From NCBI GenBank assembly GCA_002305545.1, contig DBRG01000023.1, positions 132,994 to 196,993 of the forward strand: a stretch of 64,000 nucleotides of DNA, in the 5' to 3' direction. A program made the translations under genes and the position numbers. The notes under the pieces were generated by a model, which saw only the letters and a list, made by a program, of their open reading frames with translations, was not told where the DNA came from and made no database searches. The DNA comes from Bacteroidales bacterium UBA1374 (GTDB lineage: Bacteria; Bacteroidota; Bacteroidia; Bacteroidales; UBA932). Positions 8,346 to 19,200 of this stretch are shown here, piece by piece (the stretch's first letter is position 1; every line of letters starts with the position of its first letter).

Positions 8346-10286
8346 TTAATTGGTTACTTGTTGAACAGCCACTGTGTCAAATCCTTTTTCGCGAAGCGCC
8401 GAAGCAAGCTCCTCTGCCTGGGTAGCCGAAGCGAAAGGACCGATGAAATAGTCGGCACCGGTGCCGGTAACTACCCTGATGATATCCTTGTCTGAAAGTT
8501 CATTGACCAGCGAGACAAGACTGACTGGTATCTCATTGCTGCCCAGGTAAACCCGGTATGCAGCAATACCTTCCGGCGCTGTTTTGTTTTGAGCCTCCCT
8601 GCGCCGTCCTTCCTGCACAGGTATGGATTTTCCCTGGAAATAAGCCACGACTATGGCCCCGGTGATACCCTGCCTTTTTGTGGTAGTCAGGGCACGGGAA
8701 GCATCGGCATAACGGAGGAATTGTCCGGCATAGTAAACGTATTGCTTTCCCACCCGTACTTCAAATACAGGGCTGATGCCCTTCAGTTGGCTTATAGGGG
8801 CTTTTCTGGAAACCGTAAACAGCTGGATGCGGTAATACAGGCCCGGGGGCTCGTTTTCCCATGGAACTATCACGGACTCTTTTTCAATCCGGAATTCCAG
8901 GTTTACCGGGGGAACAGCAGGAACGGGAGCTTCAAACAAATGGCCGTCCAGAGTGATGAGTTTTTGTTTGACAGGGTATAAAGCTGTTTCCTCTACATCA
9001 GAAACTGCTGCAACAGGGCTTTCCGAAGCAACCGCTGTTACGGGAGGCAGTACACCATGAGAAAGAAACAGATCCTCTATGGATTGTGCCGATTTTCGCG
9101 CATCACGAAGGGATTGCTGCAATTCCATAAGAACAAACTCCTCATCCCGAATGATGTTAGCAATAGCCGTTCTGTCTTCTTCAGGCGAAAGTGAACTATA
9201 GTGCTTACGCAAGCTATCCAGTTTCTTTTCATGTTCCGTGACCTGGCCTGTCAGATTCCGGACAGCCCCGGAAAGTTGGGCATAGTGTGCAGTGGCTTCG
9301 CGTGTTTTTTGCAGAATTGAGTCAGGGAGCGCCATTCCGGCTTCGTGTAGGGATAACACACTGTCCGGAGCGGTTTTATTTCCCGGAAAGGGCATCAATG
9401 CAATTTCCCGGAGTTCTTTTACCGAGGCTGGCCGTATTTTGACCGGAGCGCTTTCATATTCCACCTTATACAAGACCAGCGAATCTTTTGGAGCGGTACG
9501 GTCTGAAGCAAAATAAAAATAACGCGAATCATCCGATAGCATGTAAAGCATATCGTTATAGGTTGATGAGAAAGGGATGCCCATGTTTTCGGCCATGCCC
9601 CATTCCTGCATCCGGGTGTCCCAGCGGCTTACGTAAAGGTTCGTGCCTCCCAGCCCGGGAAGGCCGTCGGAGCTGAAATACAGGGTTTTCCCATCGGAAC
9701 TCAGGACGGGATAAATCTCATTTCCCGGTGTATTGATCCCAGGCCCCAGACGGACAGGAGGGCCCCATAAAAAAGCTCCGTTTGCCAGGATATCTTTCTT
9801 CTGTATCATATACAGATCATAACCCGAACCGGAAGTGGAGTCCTGTGCCGTAAAGACTATCCGGTCCAGGGTCGCCCTGTAAAAAAGGGGCAACCGGGCA
9901 ACCCCGCTGTCGTTTACATGATTGAGCAGTTCAAATGGCGGCAGGGCCCAGGAACCGGAGGGGGACAGATCGTAGTAAAGAAAAAAATCCCGGTAAGGAA
10001 TCACAGCCCGACCCAGCACATGTGGCCTGACCACGTAATTACTCAGTATCAGCCCGTTCTCGCATAATACCCTGCATTGTTCCGCACGTGCTATGAAAGC
10101 CGAATCGTACGACAGGCTGATGGCCCGTGTATAGGCTTCTTTGGCCCTTTCAAATTCATAGGCCATACGAAGTTGTTCTCCTTCAAGGAATAAGGACGAG
10201 GCAGATGCCTGTTGGGCATACGTAAAGGAGGCGGGTAAAAACAGACCAGCGATCAAATATGCTTTTATGAGCAATTTATTAGCCAT
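8346..10286 (-). CDS. Exported TPR-like / PD40 beta-propeller / coiled-coil protein with two C-terminal SPOR domains
   Basis: The signal peptide is MANKLLIKAYLIAGLFLPASFTYAQ. A PD40 motif reads GNEIYPVLSSDGKTLYFSSD. Two SPOR-like modules are present: YYRIQLFTVSRKAP...AIVVAYF and AAYRVYLGSNEIP...GFDTVAVQQV. Confidence 0.65.
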   Translation of the reverse strand: MANKLLIKAYLIAGLFLPASFTYAQQASASSLFLEGEQLRMAYEFERAKEAYTRAISLSYDSAFIARAEQCRVLCENGLILSNYVVRPHVLGRAVIPYRDFFLYYDLSPSGSWALPPFELLNHVNDSGVARLPLFYRATLDRIVFTAQDSTSGSGYDLYMIQKKDILANGAFLWGPPVRLGPGINTPGNEIYPVLSSDGKTLYFSSDGLPGLGGTNLYVSRWDTRMQEWGMAENMGIPFSSTYNDMLYMLSDDSRYFYFASDRTAPKDSLVLYKVEYESAPVKIRPASVKELREIALMPFPGNKTAPDSVLSLHEAGMALPDSILQKTREATAHYAQLSGAVRNLTGQVTEHEKKLDSLRKHYSSLSPEEDRTAIANIIRDEEFVLMELQQSLRDARKSAQSIEDLFLSHGVLPPVTAVASESPVAAVSDVEETALYPVKQKLITLDGHLFEAPVPAVPPVNLEFRIEKESVIVPWENEPPGLYYRIQLFTVSRKAPISQLKGISPVFEVRVGKQYVYYAGQFLRYADASRALTTTKRQGITGAIVVAYFQGKSIPVQEGRRREAQNKTAPEGIAAYRVYLGSNEIPVSLVSLVNELSDKDIIRVVTGTGADYFIGPFASATQAEELASALREKGFDTVAVQQVTN

Positions 10287-10306
10287 AATGGGACAAATGC
10301 GAAATA

Positions 10307-10314
10307 CAAAGTTA
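10307..10314 (-). promoter_or_regulatory. -7 promoter element TAACTTTG for the PD40/SPOR-nfeD-floA operon
   Basis: Exact TAnnTTTG on the minus strand, 20 nt upstream of ATG 10286. Confidence 0.4.
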
Positions 10315-10334
10315 ATTAATTAGGGAAAAAATAT

Positions 10335-10342
10335 TACATTTG
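10335..10342 (+). promoter_or_regulatory. -7 promoter element TACATTTG for secDF
   Basis: Exact TAnnTTTG, 39 nt upstream of ATG 10382. Confidence 0.4.
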
Positions 10343-10381
10343 CACCCTATTTTACCTGACTTATAAATTAATAATAAAATT

Positions 10382-13300
10382 ATGCAAAGTAAAGGTGCCA
10401 TCTGGCTGGTGGCGATACTCATTACAGTAGCTTGTCTGTACCAGTTGTCTTTTACTGCCGTAACCCAGATACAGGAAAATAAAGCAGCCGGGTATGCAGA
10501 AAAAGCCATTGTTGAAATTCAGAAGACCCCCGAATATCAGAATATCAGCGAGCTTGACCAGGCTTTTTTCCTGGATTCGCTGCGCAATGCTAAGGAAAGC
10601 TATTACATTGACTCGATAACCCCCGAAAAAGTATACCTGTGGTATACCTACAAGGAGGTAAAGGACAGGGAGATAAGCCTGGGTCTTGACCTAAGGGGCG
10701 GGATGAACGTGATGATGGAAGTAAAACTCGAAAGCCTGATAAGAGCACTGGCAGATTATAGCCAGGACCCCGTTTTCAACCAAGTTATAGAGCTGACCAA
10801 CCAAAAAGTTCGGGAAGGAGCAAGGGGAAATTACGTAGACCTTTTTGCGGCCACATGGGATGAAATAGCTCCAGGGGAAAGGCTCTCCAGGATTTTCGGT
10901 ACATATGACATGCGGGAGCGCATCAAACCCGAAACATCCAACGAAGAGGTTCTCCGAATTATTCGCGCCGAAGCCGAGTCTGCCATGGCCAACTCATTCA
11001 ATGTGCTCCGCAACCGTATTGACCGTTTTGGCGTAACCCAGCCCAATATTCAGCGTTTGGGGACGACCGGCCGCATCCTGGTTGAACTGCCCGGGATCAA
11101 GGAGCCGGAACGTGTGCGTAAACTGCTGCAGGGTACAGCTTCCCTTGAGTTTTGGGAAACCTATGAAAATTCCGAGGTGTATCCCTCACTTGAAGAGGCA
11201 AACCGGATCCTGAGGGATTACCTGGATGATATGAAACCAGCCGCAACAGAAGAAGATTCATCAACGGTGGAGACCGGGGAGGAAAACGACCTGCTGGCAC
11301 AGTTGGCCAAAGAAGATTCCCTGTCCGAGGATATCACAGCCTGGGCACAGCAAAATCCGCTGTTTAACGTTCTCAGCCCCAGTGTATATGAAGGGCAGCT
11401 GGCACCGGGTCCCTGTGTGGGCAGGGCACATTACCGTGATACGGCACAGATCAACACCTGGCTGCAACTTCCACAGATACAGGCAGCCTTGCCCGCAGAT
11501 GTACGTCTACTGTGGTCTGTAAAACCCGATAAGGTCAACCAGGTTTATTACGAGTTGATTGCCATTAAGGCAAATACACGTGACGGCCGGGCACCCCTGG
11601 ACGGAGGTGTGGTAACCGATGCAAACAAACGATTTGATCAGACCGGCGGAGGATTTCCCTCTGTTGACATGGGGATGAATGCAGAAGGTGCCCGTGTCTG
11701 GGCAAGGATGACAGCCGACAACATTGGCAAATCCATTGCCGTAGTGCTCGATGATATGGTCTATTCCTACCCCAGGGTCAGCGTCGAGATCACCGGGGGC
11801 CGGTCATCCATTACAGGTGATTTTACCTCAGAAGAAGCAGACGACCTTGCCAACGTGTTGAAATCGGGAAAACTGCCCGCCCCAACCACTATTGTGCAGG
11901 AAAGCATTGTGGGGCCATCCCTGGGGACACGTTCCATCAATGCAGGTATGGGGTCATTTGTGATTGCCTTTTTCCTGGTGCTTGCGTACATGATATTTTT
12001 CTACAACCGTGCAGGGGTGTATGCTTCGGTTGCATTGGTAACCAATGTTCTGTTCCTTTTCGGAGCGCTTGTTTCCTTTGGAGCCGTTCTGACGCTGCCA
12101 GGTATTGCAGGTATCGTTTTGACCATGGGTATGGCAGATGATGCCAACGTGATCATTAACGAACGCATCAAAGAAGAATTGCGATTAGGGAAAGCCTTAC
12201 GACTTGCGGTTGCAGATGGTTATAAAAATGCCTACTCGGCCATTCTGGACGGGAACATAACAACCCTGATCACGGGGATTGTCCTTATTTTCTTCGGTTC
12301 CGGACCCGTGAAGGGATTTGCCACCACCCTGGTTATCGGGCTTTTCACATCCCTGTTTACGTCAATTTTCATTACAAGACTTTTGATAGAAAGCCGTCTG
12401 AGCAAGAATAAACCCATTTCTTTTGATATTAGAATAACCCGTAACTTCCTTGCAAACACAAAGATAAAATTCCTGGAGAACAGGAAGTATTTCTACATCA
12501 CAGCCATTGCCATTTCCGTCATAGGACTTGCATTCATTTTCACCAAAGGCTTTACTTACGGGGTGGATTTCACCGGAGGCAGAACATATGTCATACGCTT
12601 TGACCAGGAAGTATCCTCCGAGGCAGTCCGTGAAAAAGTCACGGAGGCTTTCCAGGGTGGTGTGGAAGTCAAGGAATTCGGCGGGAAAAGCCAGATGCGT
12701 ATCACCACAAAATATCTGATTGAAGATGAAAGTGCCGAGGCAGATTCTAAAGTGGATGAAATGCTTTACAATGCGGTCAAAGAGTTCTTTGAAACTCCGC
12801 TCTCTCTACAGGAATTCCTTTCCACACTTGACAATCCCAACGGGATCATCAGCTCGGAGAAGGTAGGGCCTACTGTTGCCAGCGATATACAACGTGATGC
12901 CGTCATTGCCATCCTGCTGTCCTGCGTAGCCATTTTCCTATATATTGCCGCCAGATTCAGAAACTGGTCCTGGGGAATAGGAGGGCTTATATCCCTGATT
13001 TTCAATGCGCTTTTTGTTGTTTCTTTCTTCTCAATTTTTACCGGAGTATTGCCTTTCACGCTTGATATCGACCAACAGTTCATAGCCGCCATCCTGACCA
13101 TCATAGGATACTCTTTGAACGACACAGTGGTTATCTTTGACAGGATCAGGGAATACCGTACACTGTATCCCAAACGGGATATCTGGGAGAATATAAACGA
13201 TGCATTGAATTCAACATTGTCCCGCACGATCAACACATCGGCTACGACCCTTTTTGTTTTGGTGGCGATTGCCATCTTTGGCGGAGAGGTGATTCGCGGT

Positions 13301-13441
13301 TTTGCCGTAGCGCTGGCCATGGGGGTTGCCATTTGTCCGTTCACTTCGGTCCTGATCTCTACGCCCATTGTATATGACTTGTGGAAAAGACGCCATGACA
13401 GGGAAGAGAAAAAAGCAATGAGGGGAAAAGTGGCCAGGTAA
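10382..13441 (+). CDS. secDF: Protein translocase subunit SecDF (fused)
   Basis: The 1019-aa product has a SecD N-terminal TM segment, a large periplasmic domain and a 6-TM block. A SecF-like second half follows (GVDFTGGRTY..., IGYSLNDTVVIFDRIRE). Confidence 0.95.
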   Translation: MQSKGAIWLVAILITVACLYQLSFTAVTQIQENKAAGYAEKAIVEIQKTPEYQNISELDQAFFLDSLRNAKESYYIDSITPEKVYLWYTYKEVKDREISLGLDLRGGMNVMMEVKLESLIRALADYSQDPVFNQVIELTNQKVREGARGNYVDLFAATWDEIAPGERLSRIFGTYDMRERIKPETSNEEVLRIIRAEAESAMANSFNVLRNRIDRFGVTQPNIQRLGTTGRILVELPGIKEPERVRKLLQGTASLEFWETYENSEVYPSLEEANRILRDYLDDMKPAATEEDSSTVETGEENDLLAQLAKEDSLSEDITAWAQQNPLFNVLSPSVYEGQLAPGPCVGRAHYRDTAQINTWLQLPQIQAALPADVRLLWSVKPDKVNQVYYELIAIKANTRDGRAPLDGGVVTDANKRFDQTGGGFPSVDMGMNAEGARVWARMTADNIGKSIAVVLDDMVYSYPRVSVEITGGRSSITGDFTSEEADDLANVLKSGKLPAPTTIVQESIVGPSLGTRSINAGMGSFVIAFFLVLAYMIFFYNRAGVYASVALVTNVLFLFGALVSFGAVLTLPGIAGIVLTMGMADDANVIINERIKEELRLGKALRLAVADGYKNAYSAILDGNITTLITGIVLIFFGSGPVKGFATTLVIGLFTSLFTSIFITRLLIESRLSKNKPISFDIRITRNFLANTKIKFLENRKYFYITAIAISVIGLAFIFTKGFTYGVDFTGGRTYVIRFDQEVSSEAVREKVTEAFQGGVEVKEFGGKSQMRITTKYLIEDESAEADSKVDEMLYNAVKEFFETPLSLQEFLSTLDNPNGIISSEKVGPTVASDIQRDAVIAILLSCVAIFLYIAARFRNWSWGIGGLISLIFNALFVVSFFSIFTGVLPFTLDIDQQFIAAILTIIGYSLNDTVVIFDRIREYRTLYPKRDIWENINDALNSTLSRTINTSATTLFVLVAIAIFGGEVIRGFAVALAMGVAICPFTSVLISTPIVYDLWKRRHDREEKKAMRGKVAR

Positions 13442-13446
13442 AAGGA

Positions 13447-13956
13447 TCATCCGGGAATCTCGTATTCCAGGATATGATCATCCATGACATAATCCCTGCC
13501 AATGTCAAATACATCCGATCCGGTGATATGAAAGCCGGACCGGATGTATGCTTTTATAGCCCGGGTGTTTTTTTTGTTCACATGCAGCCTCACAGCCGGC
13601 AAGCCCTGAAGACGGGCCAGCCGTACTATTTCATCCATAGCCTGGTCAAAAAGTCCACTCCCGCGATATTCCCTTAAAAGGTAAATTTTACTGAGAAACA
13701 GGGAGTCCCCTTCCAGCCGGGGGCAGACCCCGAAAAAGCCCGCGTCAACACCGTCCGTATTGATAAAGCAATACGTGTATCCTTCACGGGCAATCTGTTC
13801 TTCAATGACTGAGGGTTTCAAAAACAACTCCAGCATGTATTGGATCTGTTCCCGGGGCAACATGTCCCGGTAGGCTTCATGCCAGATCAGGGAAGCCATC
13901 TCACACATGCGGGCTATCTGCTCACCTGTGGCTATAGTCTGAAAAACAACCTTCAT
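13447..13956 (-). CDS. GNAT family N-acetyltransferase
   Basis: A GNAT motif-A-like region reads LLREYRGSGLFDQAMDEIVRLAR. ATG 13956 is preferred over the GTG at 14004, which would abut the divergent gene. Confidence 0.8.
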   Translation of the reverse strand: MKVVFQTIATGEQIARMCEMASLIWHEAYRDMLPREQIQYMLELFLKPSVIEEQIAREGYTYCFINTDGVDAGFFGVCPRLEGDSLFLSKIYLLREYRGSGLFDQAMDEIVRLARLQGLPAVRLHVNKKNTRAIKAYIRSGFHITGSDVFDIGRDYVMDDHILEYEIPG

Positions 13957-13982
13957 GTCAGGTAAAAATAAGGTTTTCTTTG

Positions 13983-13990
13983 TATTTTTG
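13983..13990 (+). promoter_or_regulatory. -7 promoter element TATTTTTG
   Basis: Exact TAnnTTTG, 14 nt upstream of ATG 14005. Confidence 0.4.
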
Positions 13991-14004
13991 TTGAAACTAA
14001 ACAC

Positions 14005-15504
14005 ATGAATATGAAAAATAAACGGTTAGTCACCCTGGTCCTGTCCGTTGCCCTGGGCAGTGTATCCCTGCAGGCCCAACCAGTTTCTCATAGTAAAGAC
14101 ATAAAAAAAATAGCCATCCGTGCGCAGGAACTCTGGCAGGTGCCCGCCATGGCTGTTACAGTAGTCAAAGATGGGGAAACCATTTTTGCTGAAGGCATTG
14201 GAAAATTGAGCATAGAAAAAAATGCCCCGAAAGCCAATGAGTATACATTATTTGTGAACGCCTCCACAAGCAAGGCGTTTACAGCGGCCCTGCTGGGCAT
14301 GATGGTGGACCAGGGTTATGTGAAATGGACAGACCGGGTCATAGACCACCTTCCCGATTTTCAGTTATACGATCCCTGGGTTACAGAAAATTACCTGGTA
14401 CGGGATATCATGACACACAAAACAGGTTTTTTGCCACAGGCCCTGGATGTGATCCCGGCGCTGGGCTATGGCAGGGATGACCTGTATAACATGTTCCGGC
14501 TGGTCAAACCCTCCACCAGTTTCAGGACAACCTACGCTTATTGCAACGCGTTATATACCGTAACCGCCCGGATCGTTGAGAAATATACCGGACTAACCTG
14601 GGAAGAAGCCATAGAGCAATACATCTTCCAGCCTCTGGAGATGGATCATTCAAAAACGGGTAAAGACCATTATTTCAACGCAACAAATTTTGCCATGGGC
14701 CACCGGCTCAATAAGACGGAAGAAGGATTGAAGATCACTCCGCGAAATGACAGGGAAGATTCTTACGCCTGGCTTCAGGCCGTCTCTCCCGCGGCTTTTG
14801 TGATGTCCAATGCACATGACATGGGACAATGGATGAAAATGTGGCTGGGGAAAGGATCTTACCAGGGCAGGCAGATCCTGTCCGCGGGAACGGTTGAGGA
14901 TCTATGGAGCCCGCAAACGATTTGTTCCTGGGACAGCGAACGGGTAGTCCTGTATGCCCAGGGCTGGCGGATAGAACAGGGCGTTCAGGGCAAGCTCATC
15001 AACCATACGGGACTGGCCGGGGGATACACAGCCTGGGTGGTACTGGTCCCGGAATTGAACCTGGGGGTAAGCGTGCTCATGAATCAGGGATCCACCACTT
15101 CACCTCAGACAGCCATCATCCGGCAGGTCATAGATCTGTTCAGAGGGGTTGAATCTGACTGGATAACAAAGACATACGAAGAATATATGCGTCCGCCGGC
15201 AGCACGTAAACCAGAAATAGAGAAGGAGTTTATACAACCACTTGACAATAAGGTTTATATGGGAGTTTATTTTAAGGAATTGTTTGGAGAAACGCTGGTG
15301 TACGAGAAAAAGGATTCTTTGTATTTGAAAATCAATGACATAGATGCGCCACTCAAACATATATCCGGCAACACATATCGTTTCAATGCACGGGACGAGG
15401 TCTTTGACATCACCTTTAATGTACAAGACAAACCAGATTGGGCTGTAAGTTATACAATAGATTTTGGCGACGATCTGGGTTCGTTTGTAAGGGTTTTTAA
15501 ATGA
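14005..15504 (+). CDS. Exported serine hydrolase, beta-lactamase/transpeptidase-like (class C/PBP4* type) with extra C-terminal domain
   Basis: It has a signal peptide and the SxxK motif ASTSKAF. The overall length and pattern fit the beta-lactamase-related family. Confidence 0.8.
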   Translation: MNMKNKRLVTLVLSVALGSVSLQAQPVSHSKDIKKIAIRAQELWQVPAMAVTVVKDGETIFAEGIGKLSIEKNAPKANEYTLFVNASTSKAFTAALLGMMVDQGYVKWTDRVIDHLPDFQLYDPWVTENYLVRDIMTHKTGFLPQALDVIPALGYGRDDLYNMFRLVKPSTSFRTTYAYCNALYTVTARIVEKYTGLTWEEAIEQYIFQPLEMDHSKTGKDHYFNATNFAMGHRLNKTEEGLKITPRNDREDSYAWLQAVSPAAFVMSNAHDMGQWMKMWLGKGSYQGRQILSAGTVEDLWSPQTICSWDSERVVLYAQGWRIEQGVQGKLINHTGLAGGYTAWVVLVPELNLGVSVLMNQGSTTSPQTAIIRQVIDLFRGVESDWITKTYEEYMRPPAARKPEIEKEFIQPLDNKVYMGVYFKELFGETLVYEKKDSLYLKINDIDAPLKHISGNTYRFNARDEVFDITFNVQDKPDWAVSYTIDFGDDLGSFVRVFK

Positions 15505-16202
15505 GAAAACGAAGAAATATAGCCGTGATCATGGCAGCCGGAAAAGGGACCAGGCTGGGGACTTCTATACCCAAGCAATACCTGGAACTGGGAGGACGGC
15601 TGGTCCTGGAGAGGGCCATAGATGCATTTGATGGTCATCCGGAGATTGACCAGGTTGCGATAGTGGCGGATCCTCACGAAATGGGCAGGATTAAAAAAAT
15701 TGTGCAGGACAATACCTGGAAAAAGATAACGATGATTATACCCGGAGGAGAAAAGCGATTCCATTCTTCGTGGGCAGCCATAAAAGAATTTTCAGACAAG
15801 CCGGAAGACAACCTGATACTGCACGATGCTGCCAGACCGCTGGTGAGCGGGGAAATCATTTCTGCAGTTATCGAAAAACTGAAACATTGCCGTGCAGTAG
15901 GGGTGACCGTGCCTGTAACCGATACCCTGTTCTTCACGGGCCCCGGTAAAAACCATATCATCAGGGTACCCGACCGGGATCTTTTTCAAAAGGCACAAAC
16001 GCCTCAGGGCTTTCGGATTTCCGTGTTGAGCAAAGCCTATGGGTACGCCTTGAAAGATCCTGTTTTTTCGGCCACGGATGATTGCGGGGTGGTCAAAAGG
16101 TATATGCACAATGAAAAAATCCTCTTGGTGCCGGGAGATGAAAAAAACATGAAAATCACGTATCCCGGAGACCTGGAAATCCTTCGTGCCTGGCTAGAAT
16201 GA
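15501..16202 (+). CDS. ispD: 2-C-methyl-D-erythritol 4-phosphate cytidylyltransferase
   Basis: The N-terminus AVIMAAGKGTRLG is typical, along with PGGEKRFHSS and HDAARPLV. The start forms an ATGA overlap with the upstream gene. Confidence 0.9.
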   Translation: MRKRRNIAVIMAAGKGTRLGTSIPKQYLELGGRLVLERAIDAFDGHPEIDQVAIVADPHEMGRIKKIVQDNTWKKITMIIPGGEKRFHSSWAAIKEFSDKPEDNLILHDAARPLVSGEIISAVIEKLKHCRAVGVTVPVTDTLFFTGPGKNHIIRVPDRDLFQKAQTPQGFRISVLSKAYGYALKDPVFSATDDCGVVKRYMHNEKILLVPGDEKNMKITYPGDLEILRAWLE

Positions 16203-16203
16203 G

Positions 16204-19200
16204 TTATTCAACAGAAAACGCTATGCCCTTTTTTTGAATCCAGTTCAGAAAATCAGGCGTCAGATCAATGCGGTGGGAACGGGAGAACACTTTTACCGCC
16301 ATTTTATTGGCTTTATCTTTCAGTACAAAATGAACGGTTATTTTACCGGGATTTTCCGACAACACCTTAACCAGCTCAGAGCGGAACGCTCCGGAAATCT
16401 GTTCGACACCCAGGTCCATGGTAATGGACTGGAGCGATTCCCTGGCATTTGAGAGCAGGGATATTTCCTGGATACGGAGTTCTTTTTCCTTTGGCCCGGT
16501 TGCTGTTTCTTCCTGCCCTTTTCTTTTATACTGAATCCGTTCCTGCAGCAGACATTTGACCAGCAGGGCTTCTCCCTCGCGCATGTAAGGCAGGAATTTT
16601 TCGTATTCTTTTCCAAACAGGGTGAATTTCCAGCTAGCTGCATAATCTTCCAGGGTAAAAGTTCCCCAGGGTCTGCCCGAGGTCCTGGCAAGGGCAGAAG
16701 TCACATTGGTGACCAGGCCGCCCAGGCGAACTTCCCGGGGGACAAACGGTTCTTCTTCCCGGTTATTACCCAGAAGTTCCTGAATCTGCAGCAGGTTGTG
16801 GCTGGTAAAGTGTTCTATTTCAAAGCGGAATTTGTCCAGAGGATGGGAAGACAGGTAGATCCCCACCATTTCTTTTTCTTTTTTCAGTAAATCTTCCGGG
16901 GCTTCCGGCTCCATATGCGGGGGTACCGGCCTGTCTGGCGGGGCCAGGGAATCGGGTCCTGCTCCAAACAGACTGGATATGTCTTTGTTTTTTTCCTCCT
17001 GGACCCTGGATCCATAACGCATGATGCTGTCCAGAAAAACACCATCCTTGTTACAGGGCAGGAAATACTGGTGTCTTCTGATATCGGCGAATGAATCAAA
17101 AGCTCCGGCATATACCAGGCTTTCAAGCACTTTCCTGTTGCAGGTGTTCAGGTTGACCCGTTCAGCGAAGTCATAAATATCCCTGAAAGGCCCTCCCTGC
17201 TCCCTGGCCTGGATAATGCTGTCCACGGCACCGTATCCCACACCTTTGATGCCACCCATTCCAAAACGGATATCACCCTGCCGGTTTACTGTGAAATCAT
17301 GTGCCGATTCGTTGACATCGGGGCCAAGAACATTGATTTCCATTCGTTTGCACTCATCCATGTACTTGGACACTTCCTCTATATTGTTACGGTTCCCCGA
17401 CAATACCGCAGCCATGAATTCAGAGGGATAATTTGTTTTCAGATAGCCTGTCTGGTAACTGAGTATGGAATAGCTGGCAGCATGTGACTTGTTGAACGCA
17501 TATTGGGCAAAAGCCGTCCAGTCCACCCAAATCTTCTTGAGAATGGTTTCATCAACGCCTTTGCTTTTCCCTCCATTCAGAAAATCCTGCTTCATCTTTT
17601 CCATTTCCTCCGGTTTCTTCTTTCCCATGGCCCTTCTGAGGGAGTCGGCTTCTAATCCTGAAAAACCCGCAATTTCCCGCGACAATAACATGACCTGCTC
17701 CTGGTATACAGTAACACCATAGGTTTCTTTTAGGATCTTTTCCATTTGCGGAAGATCATAAGTTATGGTTTTACGGCCGTGTTTGCGGTCAATGAAGTCG
17801 GGAATGTAATCCATAGGACCGGGCCTGTACAGGGCGGTCATGGCTATAAGGTCTTCAATGCAGGAGGGCTTGAGCTCCCTGAGCCATTTACGCATGCCAT
17901 CGCTTTCAAACTGGAACACGCCCACCGTATCCCCACGGCTGAATAATTCATAGGTAGCGGAGTCGGTAAGAGGAATGTTGTTGATATCAATAGCAGTGTT
18001 GTGGTTGGCTTTGATGGATTCCACCGCACTTTTGAGTATACTTAGTGTTTTAAGCCCCAGAAAATCCATTTTCAGCATGCCCACCTGTTCTATGAGCGAT
18101 CCTTCAAACTGGGACACCAGGATATCTTCCCCGGTTTCTTTGTCTTTTGTTGTGGACAAAGGAATAAAATTGGTCAGGGTATCGGGCCCGATAATGATAG
18201 CGCTTGCATGAACCCCTGTGTTTCTTATGGAACCTTCCAGCCGGAGGGCATATTCCACTGTGGAGCTGACCAGGGGGTCTTCCGACTTGAGCGCAGCCAG
18301 GAGCTCGGGTACGTATTTCAGGGCATTTTCAATAGTGATATGCTGGGGCTTTCCATCCTTGTCGGGCAGGCGGTCGGGGATTAGTTTGGCCAGCCGCTCT
18401 GCTTCCTGAAGGGGAAGTCGCTGCACCCGGGCAACGTCTTTGATGGCACTGCGCGCGGCCATGGTCCCGAATGTGACCACATGGGCAACATGGTCTTTCC
18501 CATATTTATTTTCTACATATTGCAACACTTTGCCCCTGCCGTCATCGGCAAAATCAATATCTATATCAGGGAACGAGATCCTTTGTGTATTCAGGAAACG
18601 CTCGAACAACAAACCATAGCGGATAGGATCCACCAATGTGATCCCCATGCAATAAGCAACGACCGATCCCGCAGCAGAGCCCCGCCCCGGACCCACCCAA
18701 ACATCCATTTCCCTGGCAGCACGGATGAAATCCGCTACAATGAGAAAATAATCGGGAAATTTCATGCCAGAGATTGTTCCCAGCTCCATATCAATGCGTT
18801 CTGTCAATTCAGGAGTGATCGTCCCGTAAAGGCGTTCGGCTCCCTGATAGGTAAGGTGCCGCAAGTAGGCATCAGCGTCTGAAAATTCTGCAGGAATTGG
18901 GAAATGAGGGAGAATGGGGGCTCTGTCAAGGGAAAAGGGCTCCACCTTATCGGCAATCTCCAGGGTAGCGGTGAGAGCCTGGGGGATGTCGGAGAACAAT
19001 TCAATCATTTCCTGCCCCGATTTCAGGTACTCTTCCTCTGTATAGCGGATCTTCCGGTTTTCGTTGGTAACGTCGTCGTTTGTGGCCACGCAGATCAGGC
19101 GGTCGTGTGCCGGGGCATCTTCATAATTGACAAAATGCACGTCGTTGGTGGCTACCAGTTTCACATCGTGCTTTTGTGCCAGGTCTAAAAGATGGGGTTC

